Below, piece after piece: positions 55,041 to 62,280 of a stretch of 64,000 nt of DNA. The position numbers and the translations under genes are program-made. This stretch comes from a virus (lineage: Duplodnaviria > Caudoviricetes). The first letter of the stretch is position 1; each line of letters starts with the position of its first letter. Location: IMG/VR virus record IMGVR_UViG_3300048890_000142, positions 22,651 to 86,650 of that record; one strand, 5' to 3'. The notes below the pieces were generated by a model. That model ran no database searches. It was given only the letters and a program-made list of their open reading frames with translations, and had not been told where the DNA came from.

Positions 55041-56210
55041 TCACTCCCCCTTGACGTTCACGAGTTGGCGGAGCACGTGCCGGACCTCGACGAGGTCGGC
55101 GGCGTCGGCCATCACCCGGTCGATGTCCTTGTAGGCCTGGGGGATCTCGTCCAGGAAGGCCTCCGAGTCGCGCCACTCGATGCCGGCCATCGCCTCGCAG
55201 AGCTGCTCGTGGGTGAACGTCCTCTTGGCGGCCGAGCGGGAGAAGTTCCGGCCGGCGCCGTGCGGGCTGGAGTTCAGGGACAGGCGGTTCCCGCGCCCGG
55301 TCACCACGTAGGACGCGGTGCCCATGGACCCCGGGATCAGGCCCGGCCACCCCTCGGAGGCCTCGATCGCCCCCTTGCGGCTCACCCACACGTCCTTGCC
55401 GAAGTGGTGCTCGAGCTGCGTGAAGTTGTGGTGACAGTTGATCCGCTCCAGCTCGTTCACGCCGCCGTCGGTCCACTCCTCGAAGGCGGCCGCGACCCGG
55501 TCCATCATCTCCTCGCGGTTGAGCAGCGCGAACCGCTGCGCCCACCGGAGCTCGCGGACGTAGGTCCAAAATTCGTCGGTGCCCTCTACCAGGTAGGCGA
55601 GGTCCGGGTCGGGCAGCGCGATCCACCACCGCTCGCACAGGGCGCGGGCGACCTTGATGTGGTGTTGGGCGATCTTGTTGCCGACCCCGCGGGAGCCGGA
55701 GTGCAGGAACAGCCAGACCCGATCGTCCTCGTCGGCGGTCACCTCGATGAAGTGGTTGCCGCTGCCGAGGCTGCCGAGCTGAAGCTCCCAATTTCCGACG
55801 TAGCTACCGGGATCGAAGCGGGCGACCGAGGCGTCGTCGGCGAGCTCGCTCACGCGCTTCTCGGCGCTCGGGGTGAGGGCGGCGTTGTACTTGCCGGCGG
55901 AGAGCGGCACGGCCCGCTCGATCGCCTCGCGCAGCACCGAGCGGTCCAGCCCCTCGAGTTCGTCGACGCGCCATCCGGTCCGCACGGCTATCATCCCGCA
56001 CCCAATATCGACCCCGACCGCGGCCGGGATGAGCGCGCGGAGGGTGGGGATCACGGACCCCACGGTGGCGCCCTTGCCGAGGTGGGCGTCCGGCATCAGG
56101 GCGACGTGCGGGTAGACGAACGGCATCGACGCGGTGCGCCGAGCCTGGTCCATCGTGTCGGACTCCAGGACGCTCGCCCAGTTGATCAGCTTCTCGTTCA
56201 CTCGTTCCAC
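55041..56210 (-). CDS. rtcB: RtcB RNA ligase (3'-phosphate/5'-OH)
   Basis: MPDAHLGKG, VGVDIGCG, LGSLGSGNHFIE, LHSGSRG, HHNF, IPGSMG, SPHGAGR, LDEIPQAYK; GGAGG RBS before GTG 56210. Confidence 0.95.
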   Translation of the reverse strand: MERVNEKLINWASVLESDTMDQARRTASMPFVYPHVALMPDAHLGKGATVGSVIPTLRALIPAAVGVDIGCGMIAVRTGWRVDELEGLDRSVLREAIERAVPLSAGKYNAALTPSAEKRVSELADDASVARFDPGSYVGNWELQLGSLGSGNHFIEVTADEDDRVWLFLHSGSRGVGNKIAQHHIKVARALCERWWIALPDPDLAYLVEGTDEFWTYVRELRWAQRFALLNREEMMDRVAAAFEEWTDGGVNELERINCHHNFTQLEHHFGKDVWVSRKGAIEASEGWPGLIPGSMGTASYVVTGRGNRLSLNSSPHGAGRNFSRSAAKRTFTHEQLCEAMAGIEWRDSEAFLDEIPQAYKDIDRVMADAADLVEVRHVLRQLVNVKGE

Positions 56211-56212
56211 GG

Positions 56213-56401
56213 TCAGTACCTCCACATCAGGTCGGTGACGACGGCGTCGTCCGGTCCGGCGGCCATGGCGTAGGCGAGGAGGCCGGCCTCCAGGTAGTCC
56301 TCGGCGAGCACCGCGACCCGCCGGTAGTCCAGCACCGCCTCGCCCCGGCGCAGCCCGTCGTGGGTGGAGACGGCGACGTCGAACTCCCAGGCGGCGCTCA
56401 C
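56213..56401 (-). CDS. Hypothetical protein
   Basis: GTGA overlap; directly upstream of rtcB. Confidence 0.5.
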   Translation of the reverse strand: MSAAWEFDVAVSTHDGLRRGEAVLDYRRVAVLAEDYLEAGLLAYAMAAGPDDAVVTDLMWRY

Positions 56402-56592
56402 TCCCGCCTCCGGAGCGCGACCATGAGCGCGGTACAGCCGATGGCCGCCGCGAGGTAGGCCAGCGCCCGGGTCTCGTCGACCGGCGGGACGAACCGGTAG
56501 CCGATCCAGCCCGAGAGGTTGGCCGCGGCGCACAGGACCAGGAGCACCTCGTACCACGAGAACCTCCACGTCCTCGGTCTCCGCTCGCTCAC
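56398..56592 (-). CDS. Two-TM membrane protein
   Basis: Two hydrophobic helices. Confidence 0.6.
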   Translation of the reverse strand: MSERRPRTWRFSWYEVLLVLCAAANLSGWIGYRFVPPVDETRALAYLAAAIGCTALMVALRRRE

Positions 56593-56987
56593 CCGCGCTC
56601 CCAGCCCACGTTGGGGACGTGGCGCCAGTGCTCGCCCGTCGCACTCAGGTACCAGCCCTCAAAGTCTCCTTCCGGCCAGTGCGAGAACGGATCCGGTGCG
56701 CCAGGCTTCGGGATCTCGGCGCAGCGGAGCGCGGCCTCGGCAGCCTCCCGGTACCGACGGATCGTGCGCTCGTCTCCCTCGACCTGGTATACGAGTGCCG
56801 GGTCTGGGCACAGGGGTGGGCAGAGCTCCAGGGTCAGGGACCGGGTCCCTGGTCGGAAGCAGCACCCCGGATCCTCGCAGAGAGGCGGCCCGACCACCTG
56901 GGACCACCGAGCCAGCGCGCGAGACAGGCGCACGCGCGCCCGGTGCCGGAAGCGCAGGACGGCGGCGTCGAATTCCCGGCCGTTCAC
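56589..56987 (-). CDS. Hypothetical protein
   Basis: Coupled overlaps; Cys cluster. Confidence 0.5.
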   Translation of the reverse strand: MNGREFDAAVLRFRHRARVRLSRALARWSQVVGPPLCEDPGCCFRPGTRSLTLELCPPLCPDPALVYQVEGDERTIRRYREAAEAALRCAEIPKPGAPDPFSHWPEGDFEGWYLSATGEHWRHVPNVGWERG

Positions 56988-57301
56988 GGTCCGCTCACCT
57001 GGTCCCTGATGCCGCCCTTGTAGAGCGCGTCCAAGTCGTAGCCGGTCGCCAGCCGGCCGGAGAACACCGTGTGCTCGGGCAGGTAGTCGGTCTGGCTGTG
57101 CGAGCGGGCCAGCGCGGCGACCTCGAGCTGGGTGTAGGTCTCCTCGCCGAGCTCGTATTCGTCGCCGGCGTCTTTCTCGACGATCAGGGCGCGGAGCCAG
57201 GCCAGGGCCTCCTCGTTGCCCTCCACCGGCAGGTAGAAGTTCCAGGTCTCGCCCTCCCAGTCGCAGTTCTCGGTGAACCGCACGTAAGTCTGCTCGGTCA
57301 C
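56984..57301 (-). CDS. Conserved phage hypothetical protein
   Basis: FTENCDWEGETWNFYLP...LYKGGI. Confidence 0.6.
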   Translation of the reverse strand: MTEQTYVRFTENCDWEGETWNFYLPVEGNEEALAWLRALIVEKDAGDEYELGEETYTQLEVAALARSHSQTDYLPEHTVFSGRLATGYDLDALYKGGIRDQVSGP

Positions 57302-57474
57302 GGGCCTCTCCTCTCTTCCGTATCCGGCACCGGGTTGACCAGGACTAAGACGGCCGCGGCCGCTGACGCGCTCAGGACGGCCTCGATCGCGGCGGGGACC
57401 GTCGAGAAGAGCAGGAAGGCGGCGGCCGAGACCGCGAGGATCGCAAGCCCGTAGCCGACCAGGAGGTGCCTCAC
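57298..57474 (-). CDS. Small two-TM protein
   Basis: Hydrophobic; GTGA overlaps. Confidence 0.55.
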   Translation of the reverse strand: MRHLLVGYGLAILAVSAAAFLLFSTVPAAIEAVLSASAAAAVLVLVNPVPDTEERRGP

Positions 57475-57656
57475 CGGTCCGGCACCCACTTCCGCACGTT
57501 GGCCATGTTGTAGGTCGCCAGGGTCTCGGGTGGGCCATACCTCCCGCTAGCTTTGGCGATCAGGAGGGTGCCGTCGATCGTGACGGATAACCGATCGGTC
57601 CCCTCCGGCGTTCGCTCCTCGGTACCGTCCACGTAGGTGATCGTCCAGTCGCTCAC
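57471..57656 (-). CDS. Small beta protein
   Basis: WTITYVDGTEE...YNMANVRKW. Confidence 0.6.
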   Translation of the reverse strand: MSDWTITYVDGTEERTPEGTDRLSVTIDGTLLIAKASGRYGPPETLATYNMANVRKWVPDR

Positions 57657-58219
57657 GGGTTACCCACCTCCGCCCAGTCCGGGACGGTCGTGCCGCCCTC
57701 GACATGGTCTCCGACCAGCACCCGGCCGACCACCCAGCCCTCGTCCACCATCCGCCGGAAGGCGACCCGGAGGCCCTCCTGCACAGCGGGCGTCAGGCCG
57801 CCATGAAACGCCAGATAGCTCGCGACCTCCCTCGCGGCGAGGTCCGCGTCGTGCACGACCTTCTCCGTCGGGACCTCGCGCGCGGGCTCGGGCTCGGCCG
57901 GGCGCAGCGAGTCCAGGAGCTCGGCCACGCCGTTCTCCTCGTCGGCCTCGGCCACGCCGGTGAGGCCGCCCGCCCGCCGATCCAGCCACTCGGCCATCGC
58001 CCCGTAGACCGCGACGCGGCCGCCATCGAACGGCGGGAGGGGGTCGGTGAAGGGCTTGTGGACGGACGCCTCATCGATCATCCCCCGGCAGGCGGCCGCC
58101 CAGAGCCGCAACTCGGCCGCCACCGCGATGTGCAGGGCGGTGGTGATCCCGTCGGACAGCGCGTCGAGCACCGGCTCGAGGCCGGCGAGCCCGTCGTCGG
58201 AACATGGGAAGGCGGTCAC
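57653..58219 (-). CDS. Hypothetical protein
   Basis: GAAGG RBS; GTGA overlaps. Confidence 0.55.
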   Translation of the reverse strand: MTAFPCSDDGLAGLEPVLDALSDGITTALHIAVAAELRLWAAACRGMIDEASVHKPFTDPLPPFDGGRVAVYGAMAEWLDRRAGGLTGVAEADEENGVAELLDSLRPAEPEPAREVPTEKVVHDADLAAREVASYLAFHGGLTPAVQEGLRVAFRRMVDEGWVVGRVLVGDHVEGGTTVPDWAEVGNP

Positions 58220-58524
58220 CGGTCTACCTTCTCGGTCTCGGTCTCGGTCGGGTCCGGCACGGGCAGCCAGTAGCTCGCCACCGTCCGACGGGTCACGGTC
58301 ACGGAGTGCCCGGGGTGCGCCAGCGCGTGCCGGCGGGCCTCCTTCTTGAACTCGCTTGGGTCGATCCCGAAGGGTTCGGGGCGCAGCCTCCAGGCGCACT
58401 GCTCGACCAGGACGTCGGCGCCGTCGTCCCCCACTCCCCAGCGGCCCTCGCAGTCGGCCACCGGGTGGTAGGTCACCTCCTGGTACCGGACGTCGGCCAG
58501 CTTGGGCCTACTCGATGCGGTCAC
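58216..58524 (-). CDS. Hypothetical protein
   Basis: C...C...ARRHALAHPGH. Confidence 0.55.
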   Translation of the reverse strand: MTASSRPKLADVRYQEVTYHPVADCEGRWGVGDDGADVLVEQCAWRLRPEPFGIDPSEFKKEARRHALAHPGHSVTVTRRTVASYWLPVPDPTETETEKVDR

Positions 58525-58865
58525 GGGGTTAGTCTCCCCTCTTCCTCGGGTCGGTCGGTGGGTCTCCATCCGGGCAGGTCGAACTGGGACAGGTCCGGGG
58601 GCACCTCGCCCGTGTAGCGGACGCAGGCGCACTCGACCCACTCGTAGCCGTTGCGCTCACCGTTCTGCTTGTAGTGCTCGCGCCGGACGTCCTCGCGGCA
58701 CGTGCCGCTCTCGAGGTCGTGCGTCGCGAGGTGGTGCCCGCAGCCGCAAACCTGTGGGTCGGGCGGGCGCGGCGGGCGGCGCAACCGACGCCCGAGCAGC
58801 TGGCCCACCGCGGTACCCGCGGTCGTGGCGAACACCCCCGCGAGGAAGCTGAGCTGGTCGATCAT
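58521..58865 (-). CDS. TM plus Cys/His domain protein
   Basis: TM followed by CGCGHHLATH..C..CACVRYTG. Confidence 0.65.
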   Translation of the reverse strand: MIDQLSFLAGVFATTAGTAVGQLLGRRLRRPPRPPDPQVCGCGHHLATHDLESGTCREDVRREHYKQNGERNGYEWVECACVRYTGEVPPDLSQFDLPGWRPTDRPEEEGRLTP

Positions 58866-59233
58866 CGGTACGCCTCCCCGGCCTCGTCGAGCGCCGCACT
58901 CAGCATGTCGCGCTCCGTCGCCAGTCCGGCGTACCGCTCGCGCAGGTCCTCCAGCTCCTCCCGCACGGCGTCCAGCATGTCGCTGGAATCGGCGGCGTAG
59001 CGCGCCGCCCGGTTCGCGCGGGCCCGCTCGGCGACGAGACCCTCGGCCAGGGCGCGCAGGTCCCCGTAGGTGAGCCAGTGGGTGGCGCCGTCATGGTCGT
59101 TCCAGTGCGCGCCCGCGCCCGGCATCGCGATCGACGCCAAGAGGGCGTCCGGATCGCAGTCTCGGAAATGGTCCAGGACGCGTAGCAGGGCGAGGACCAG
59201 CTCCTCGAGGTCCCCGTCTGGTCGGGTGTCCAC
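58862..59233 (-). CDS. Hypothetical protein with coiled coil
   Basis: AAGGAG RBS. Confidence 0.6.
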   Translation of the reverse strand: MDTRPDGDLEELVLALLRVLDHFRDCDPDALLASIAMPGAGAHWNDHDGATHWLTYGDLRALAEGLVAERARANRAARYAADSSDMLDAVREELEDLRERYAGLATERDMLSAALDEAGEAYR

Positions 59234-59251
59234 CGGTCTCCTTCCGTCGGT

Positions 59252-59479
59252 CTAGTACCGCTCGCCGCGCAGCACCGCGTAGGCGTCGCGCGTGGTCGAG
59301 TAGGCGTGCCTGGCCGTCCGGGCCGACACGCACCTCCCGGTGCCGTACTCGCCGAACCGGCACTCGAGGTAGCGGCGGCCCTTACGGTAGCGGTAGTCCA
59401 GGCCCTCGTTGACGACCTCCACGGTCCAGCCGTGCTCCAGGGCCACGGCGGCCACCCGGTCCCGGGTCAGGGTCCTCAC
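59252..59479 (-). CDS. Hypothetical protein
   Basis: AGGAGGAG RBS. Confidence 0.6.
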   Translation of the reverse strand: MRTLTRDRVAAVALEHGWTVEVVNEGLDYRYRKGRRYLECRFGEYGTGRCVSARTARHAYSTTRDAYAVLRGERY

Positions 59480-59620
59480 AGGCTCCTCCTTCCGTCGGTC
59501 TCGGTCATTCGGCGTGCGGGGCACCCGCGCCGTCTGCTCTCTGCGTCGGCCGGGTTGCGGCGACCGACGTGGCCGGAGCGCGTCGCGGGTGCCCGCCTCA
59601 CCCGCCCCTCGGGTACCGGT

Positions 59621-59650
59621 AATCTACCATAGGAGGGGCCCGCCCGTCCA
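59621..59650 (-). promoter_or_regulatory. SigA-type promoter candidate
   Basis: TGGACG-18 nt-TAGATT with a TG extension. Confidence 0.55.
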
Positions 59651-59790
59651 GGGGCGCGGTCCCCGGGCCCGGCCGTCCGGCCGGATCTCCCGGGGGCCAC
59701 TTCCGACCGCGTCCGCGGACCGATCGGCTACGACCCCGCACTCTACTTATCTACCGGTCGGTAGGTAAGGCGCCGGCCCGGGTTCCCCGT

Positions 59791-60045
59791 CTACTCGAGT
59801 TCGCCCGGGCCGACTTCCGCCGCCCCGCGGGCGACGGCGACGTAGGGCAGGTCCCGACGTCGGAACTCCACGTTCAGGAACTCCGCGCGGAACCGCTCGT
59901 AGTTCTCGAAGAACTCGGGCGGGAACAGCGGCCGGACGCCGGACCAGTGGTCCGGGACGCCGTCGGCGGATACTCCGGCGATCAGCTCGGGCGGGACGTC
60001 CAGCGCCCTGCCCAGCGCCTCGAGGTCGGGCCCGCTCCCGGTCAC
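59791..60045 (-). CDS. Hypothetical protein
   Basis: GTGA overlap start; DLEALGRALDVPPELI. Confidence 0.5.
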   Translation of the reverse strand: MTGSGPDLEALGRALDVPPELIAGVSADGVPDHWSGVRPLFPPEFFENYERFRAEFLNVEFRRRDLPYVAVARGAAEVGPGELE

Positions 60046-60197
60046 GGGGTAGGGGAGCACGACCGGGCCCGGCAGGTGACGGACGGCGCGGCGATCGTCT
60101 GGGTGTCCGGGCCGGTCGGCGGAACGTACTCCACGGAGCTGACCAGCGCGGCCGAGGCGAGGGCGGCGGCCAGCGCGGCCAGCGGGGTCTTCTTCAT
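60042..60197 (-). CDS. Small secreted peptide (51 aa)
   Basis: AGGAGG RBS; MKKTPLAALAAALASAA signal peptide. Confidence 0.55.
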   Translation of the reverse strand: MKKTPLAALAAALASAALVSSVEYVPPTGPDTQTIAAPSVTCRARSCSPTP

Positions 60198-60418
60198 CGG
60201 TGAGAACCTCCTGATGTCGGGGGAGCGTGGTCGAGGTCGGGGTCGGGCAGCGGCCGCGGCAGCCGCGCGTGCCTGCGCTCCGGGTGCGGGTGCCGACACC
60301 AGCGGTAGTGCCGCCCGCCCCAGCGCCGGTCCTCGCACGGCCGGCCGGGCTCGGCGGCGCAGTACGGGCAGGTCCCGTACCGCAGCCACCGACGCCACCA
60401 GCCGTCCGCGAGACGGCT
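60194..60418 (-). pseudogene. Zinc-finger reading frame lacking an ATG/GTG/TTG start
   Basis: CPYCAAEPGRPC...HPHPER; the frame is +1 relative to the upstream ORF that stops at 60417. Confidence 0.45.
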
Positions 60419-60527
60419 ACTTCGGGTAGGTCGAGAAGTCGTCGCACCGGGCGACGAGCATCGCGACGACCACCAGCACCGCCGCCAGGCGTGGGCCGTA
60501 CAGGTACGTCCTCAGGGTTTGCGTCAC
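60417..60527 (-). CDS. Small TM peptide (36 aa)
   Basis: GGAGG RBS; LAAVLVVVAMLVA. Confidence 0.5.
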   Translation of the reverse strand: MTQTLRTYLYGPRLAAVLVVVAMLVARCDDFSTYPK

Positions 60528-60589
60528 GCGCGGGCCTCCGTTCCCTCGGTCGATCGGGTGTGGGGGTAATCTACCACACCGCGCCGCGC

Positions 60590-60799
60590 TCACCAGCTCC
60601 GCGCGGCGTGCGGCCGGGTCCGGATCTCCAGGTCCTCCCGGCACGGTGCCAGGGAGAAGTAGAGCCAGGGCACGACCAGGCTGCGGGCCGCGGACTCCAG
60701 CCGGGTGAAGCAGGCCCCGCCCCGCTGCCGGCGGCGTCCCCCGCCCCCGCCGCCCCACTCCTTGTTGTCGGCCCGGACGTCGATCAGGTCCCTGCTCAC
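60590..60799 (-). CDS. Hypothetical protein
   Basis: GTGA overlap after GGAGG. Confidence 0.4.
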   Translation of the reverse strand: MSRDLIDVRADNKEWGGGGGGRRRQRGGACFTRLESAARSLVVPWLYFSLAPCREDLEIRTRPHAARSW

Positions 60800-61155
60800 G
60801 AGCACACCTCCAGGTGGTGGACGGCCTCCTGGTCCGGGGGCAGCAGCGGGCCGCCGGGATCGGGTTCCGGGCCGCGGTCGGGCTCGGCGTCGAGGAGCTC
60901 CAGGCCGAGGTCGAGGCCCAGCCGCGCGCCGTCGGCGTGGTAGAGCCGGTGGTGCCGCACGGCCAGGGCCAGCGCCACGGACCAGGCGTCCGGGTAGGCC
61001 CAGGACGGCACGAGCTCGCCGAGCACCTCGCCGGGCAGCACCTCGGCGTGCTCCGAGGCCGCGCACTCCCAGGCCCAGCCGCCCGGCACGGCGTGCACGT
61101 AGGGGCGGCCGCGCAGGCGCAGGACGCGCAGGGCGCGGGTCGAGGGAGGCCTCAC
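60796..61155 (-). CDS. Hypothetical protein
   Basis: Coupled overlaps. Confidence 0.5.
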   Translation of the reverse strand: MRPPSTRALRVLRLRGRPYVHAVPGGWAWECAASEHAEVLPGEVLGELVPSWAYPDAWSVALALAVRHHRLYHADGARLGLDLGLELLDAEPDRGPEPDPGGPLLPPDQEAVHHLEVCS

Positions 61156-61397
61156 CGGCGCTCCCCCGTACCGGTGACCTGCCGGAGGAGGTCGGCCCTG
61201 ATCCGCTCGCCCTCCGCGCGCCAGTCCCGCTCCGGGCAGAGCCGAGCGCGGGCGACCATCTCCTCGAACCGGGCGCTCACTTCCTCGCGGCGCTCGCGCC
61301 GGTACCGCCGGTAGGAGACGCCCAGCAGCAGCCGGACGCCGAGGTACACCAGAGCCGGGTAGGCGAGGCAGGCCAGCACCGGCCCCCAGGCGCTCAC
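61152..61397 (-). CDS. TM protein
   Basis: N-terminal TM followed by an R/E-rich helix. Confidence 0.55.
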   Translation of the reverse strand: MSAWGPVLACLAYPALVYLGVRLLLGVSYRRYRRERREEVSARFEEMVARARLCPERDWRAEGERIRADLLRQVTGTGERR

Positions 61398-61873
61398 GCT
61401 GTCACCGTCCCGGCCTCGAGCGCGCAGGCGCCCGGGCAACAGAAGTGGTGGTCGCGCACGGTGCCGGTGACCCGGCAGTACGCCCAGTGGTGCCCCTGGG
61501 TCCGATTCCCCGTGCGCCGCCCGCACCGGCCGCAGGTCATGCCCAGCGACCGGTCCACGGCGTCGAGCAGGCGCGCTTCGTCCAGCTCGCCGTCGGGCGC
61601 GCCGTAGGCGGCGCGCAGCTCGGCGTACTCGGGCGCGGCGCGCAGCTCGGCCGCCTCCGCCTCGGTTCGCTCGAGCCAGCGCCCCTCGCGCAGCCTCCGG
61701 TACTTCTCGGGGTCGGAGCCGAGCTCGGCGCGCAGGGCGGCCCGCTCCTCCTCGGTGAGTCCGGGCCCCCCGCGCAGCGGCCAGGCCTCGGGCTCCTCCA
61801 GGGTCCGGGACTCCGCCTCGCGGCGCGCCCGGTAGCGCGGGTAGCCCTCGTCGGGGACGGCCAGGGCGCTCAC
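61394..61873 (-). CDS. Protein with a C-terminal Cys/His zinc domain
   Basis: CGRCGRRTGN..QGHHWAYC...HFCCPGAC. Confidence 0.6.
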   Translation of the reverse strand: MSALAVPDEGYPRYRARREAESRTLEEPEAWPLRGGPGLTEEERAALRAELGSDPEKYRRLREGRWLERTEAEAAELRAAPEYAELRAAYGAPDGELDEARLLDAVDRSLGMTCGRCGRRTGNRTQGHHWAYCRVTGTVRDHHFCCPGACALEAGTVTA

Positions 61874-62088
61874 GCGGTCACCGCCCTGCCCAGCAGCGCG
61901 GCCGGGGAGAGGTGCCCGAAGTGCCACCTCTCGGCGGCGGACTCCCGGCAGCGGTAGGGCCTCAGGTGTTCCCCCGGGTGCAGCCGGTGCGCCGCGGAGC
62001 GGGCGTCCCGGCGGCTCAAGAAGCCCCACCTGCCGCAGTCGCAGCGGGTGCGGGCGATGTCCCAGATCCGGTCCCTCGTCTCGGTCAC
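61870..62088 (-). CDS. Small Cys/His protein
   Basis: CDCGRWGFLSRRDA...RPYRC...WHFGH; GAGGA RBS; last gene of the leftward arm. Confidence 0.6.
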   Translation of the reverse strand: MTETRDRIWDIARTRCDCGRWGFLSRRDARSAAHRLHPGEHLRPYRCRESAAERWHFGHLSPAALLGRAVTA

Positions 62089-62280
62089 GCGGTCCTCTCT
62101 TCCTCTACATCGGACGGTCCGGCTCCCGCGCCCCGATGGCGTACGGTGGGCGGGCGTCCCGGGGCCGGTCCGGCAGGGGGGAAGAGCCGGCCGGCCTCCC
62201 GGGAACGCCACCCGCGGGGTCCCCCTCAGGCAGGGGACGTCCCGCGTACCGCACCAGGTCCAGGTCGAAGGGAGCCCAGC

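Noticed and set aside
59791-60197. Frameshifted single gene joining the MKKTP... peptide to the downstream ORF
   Set aside because: A standard GTGA stop/start overlap at 60042-60045 explains them as two normal genes.
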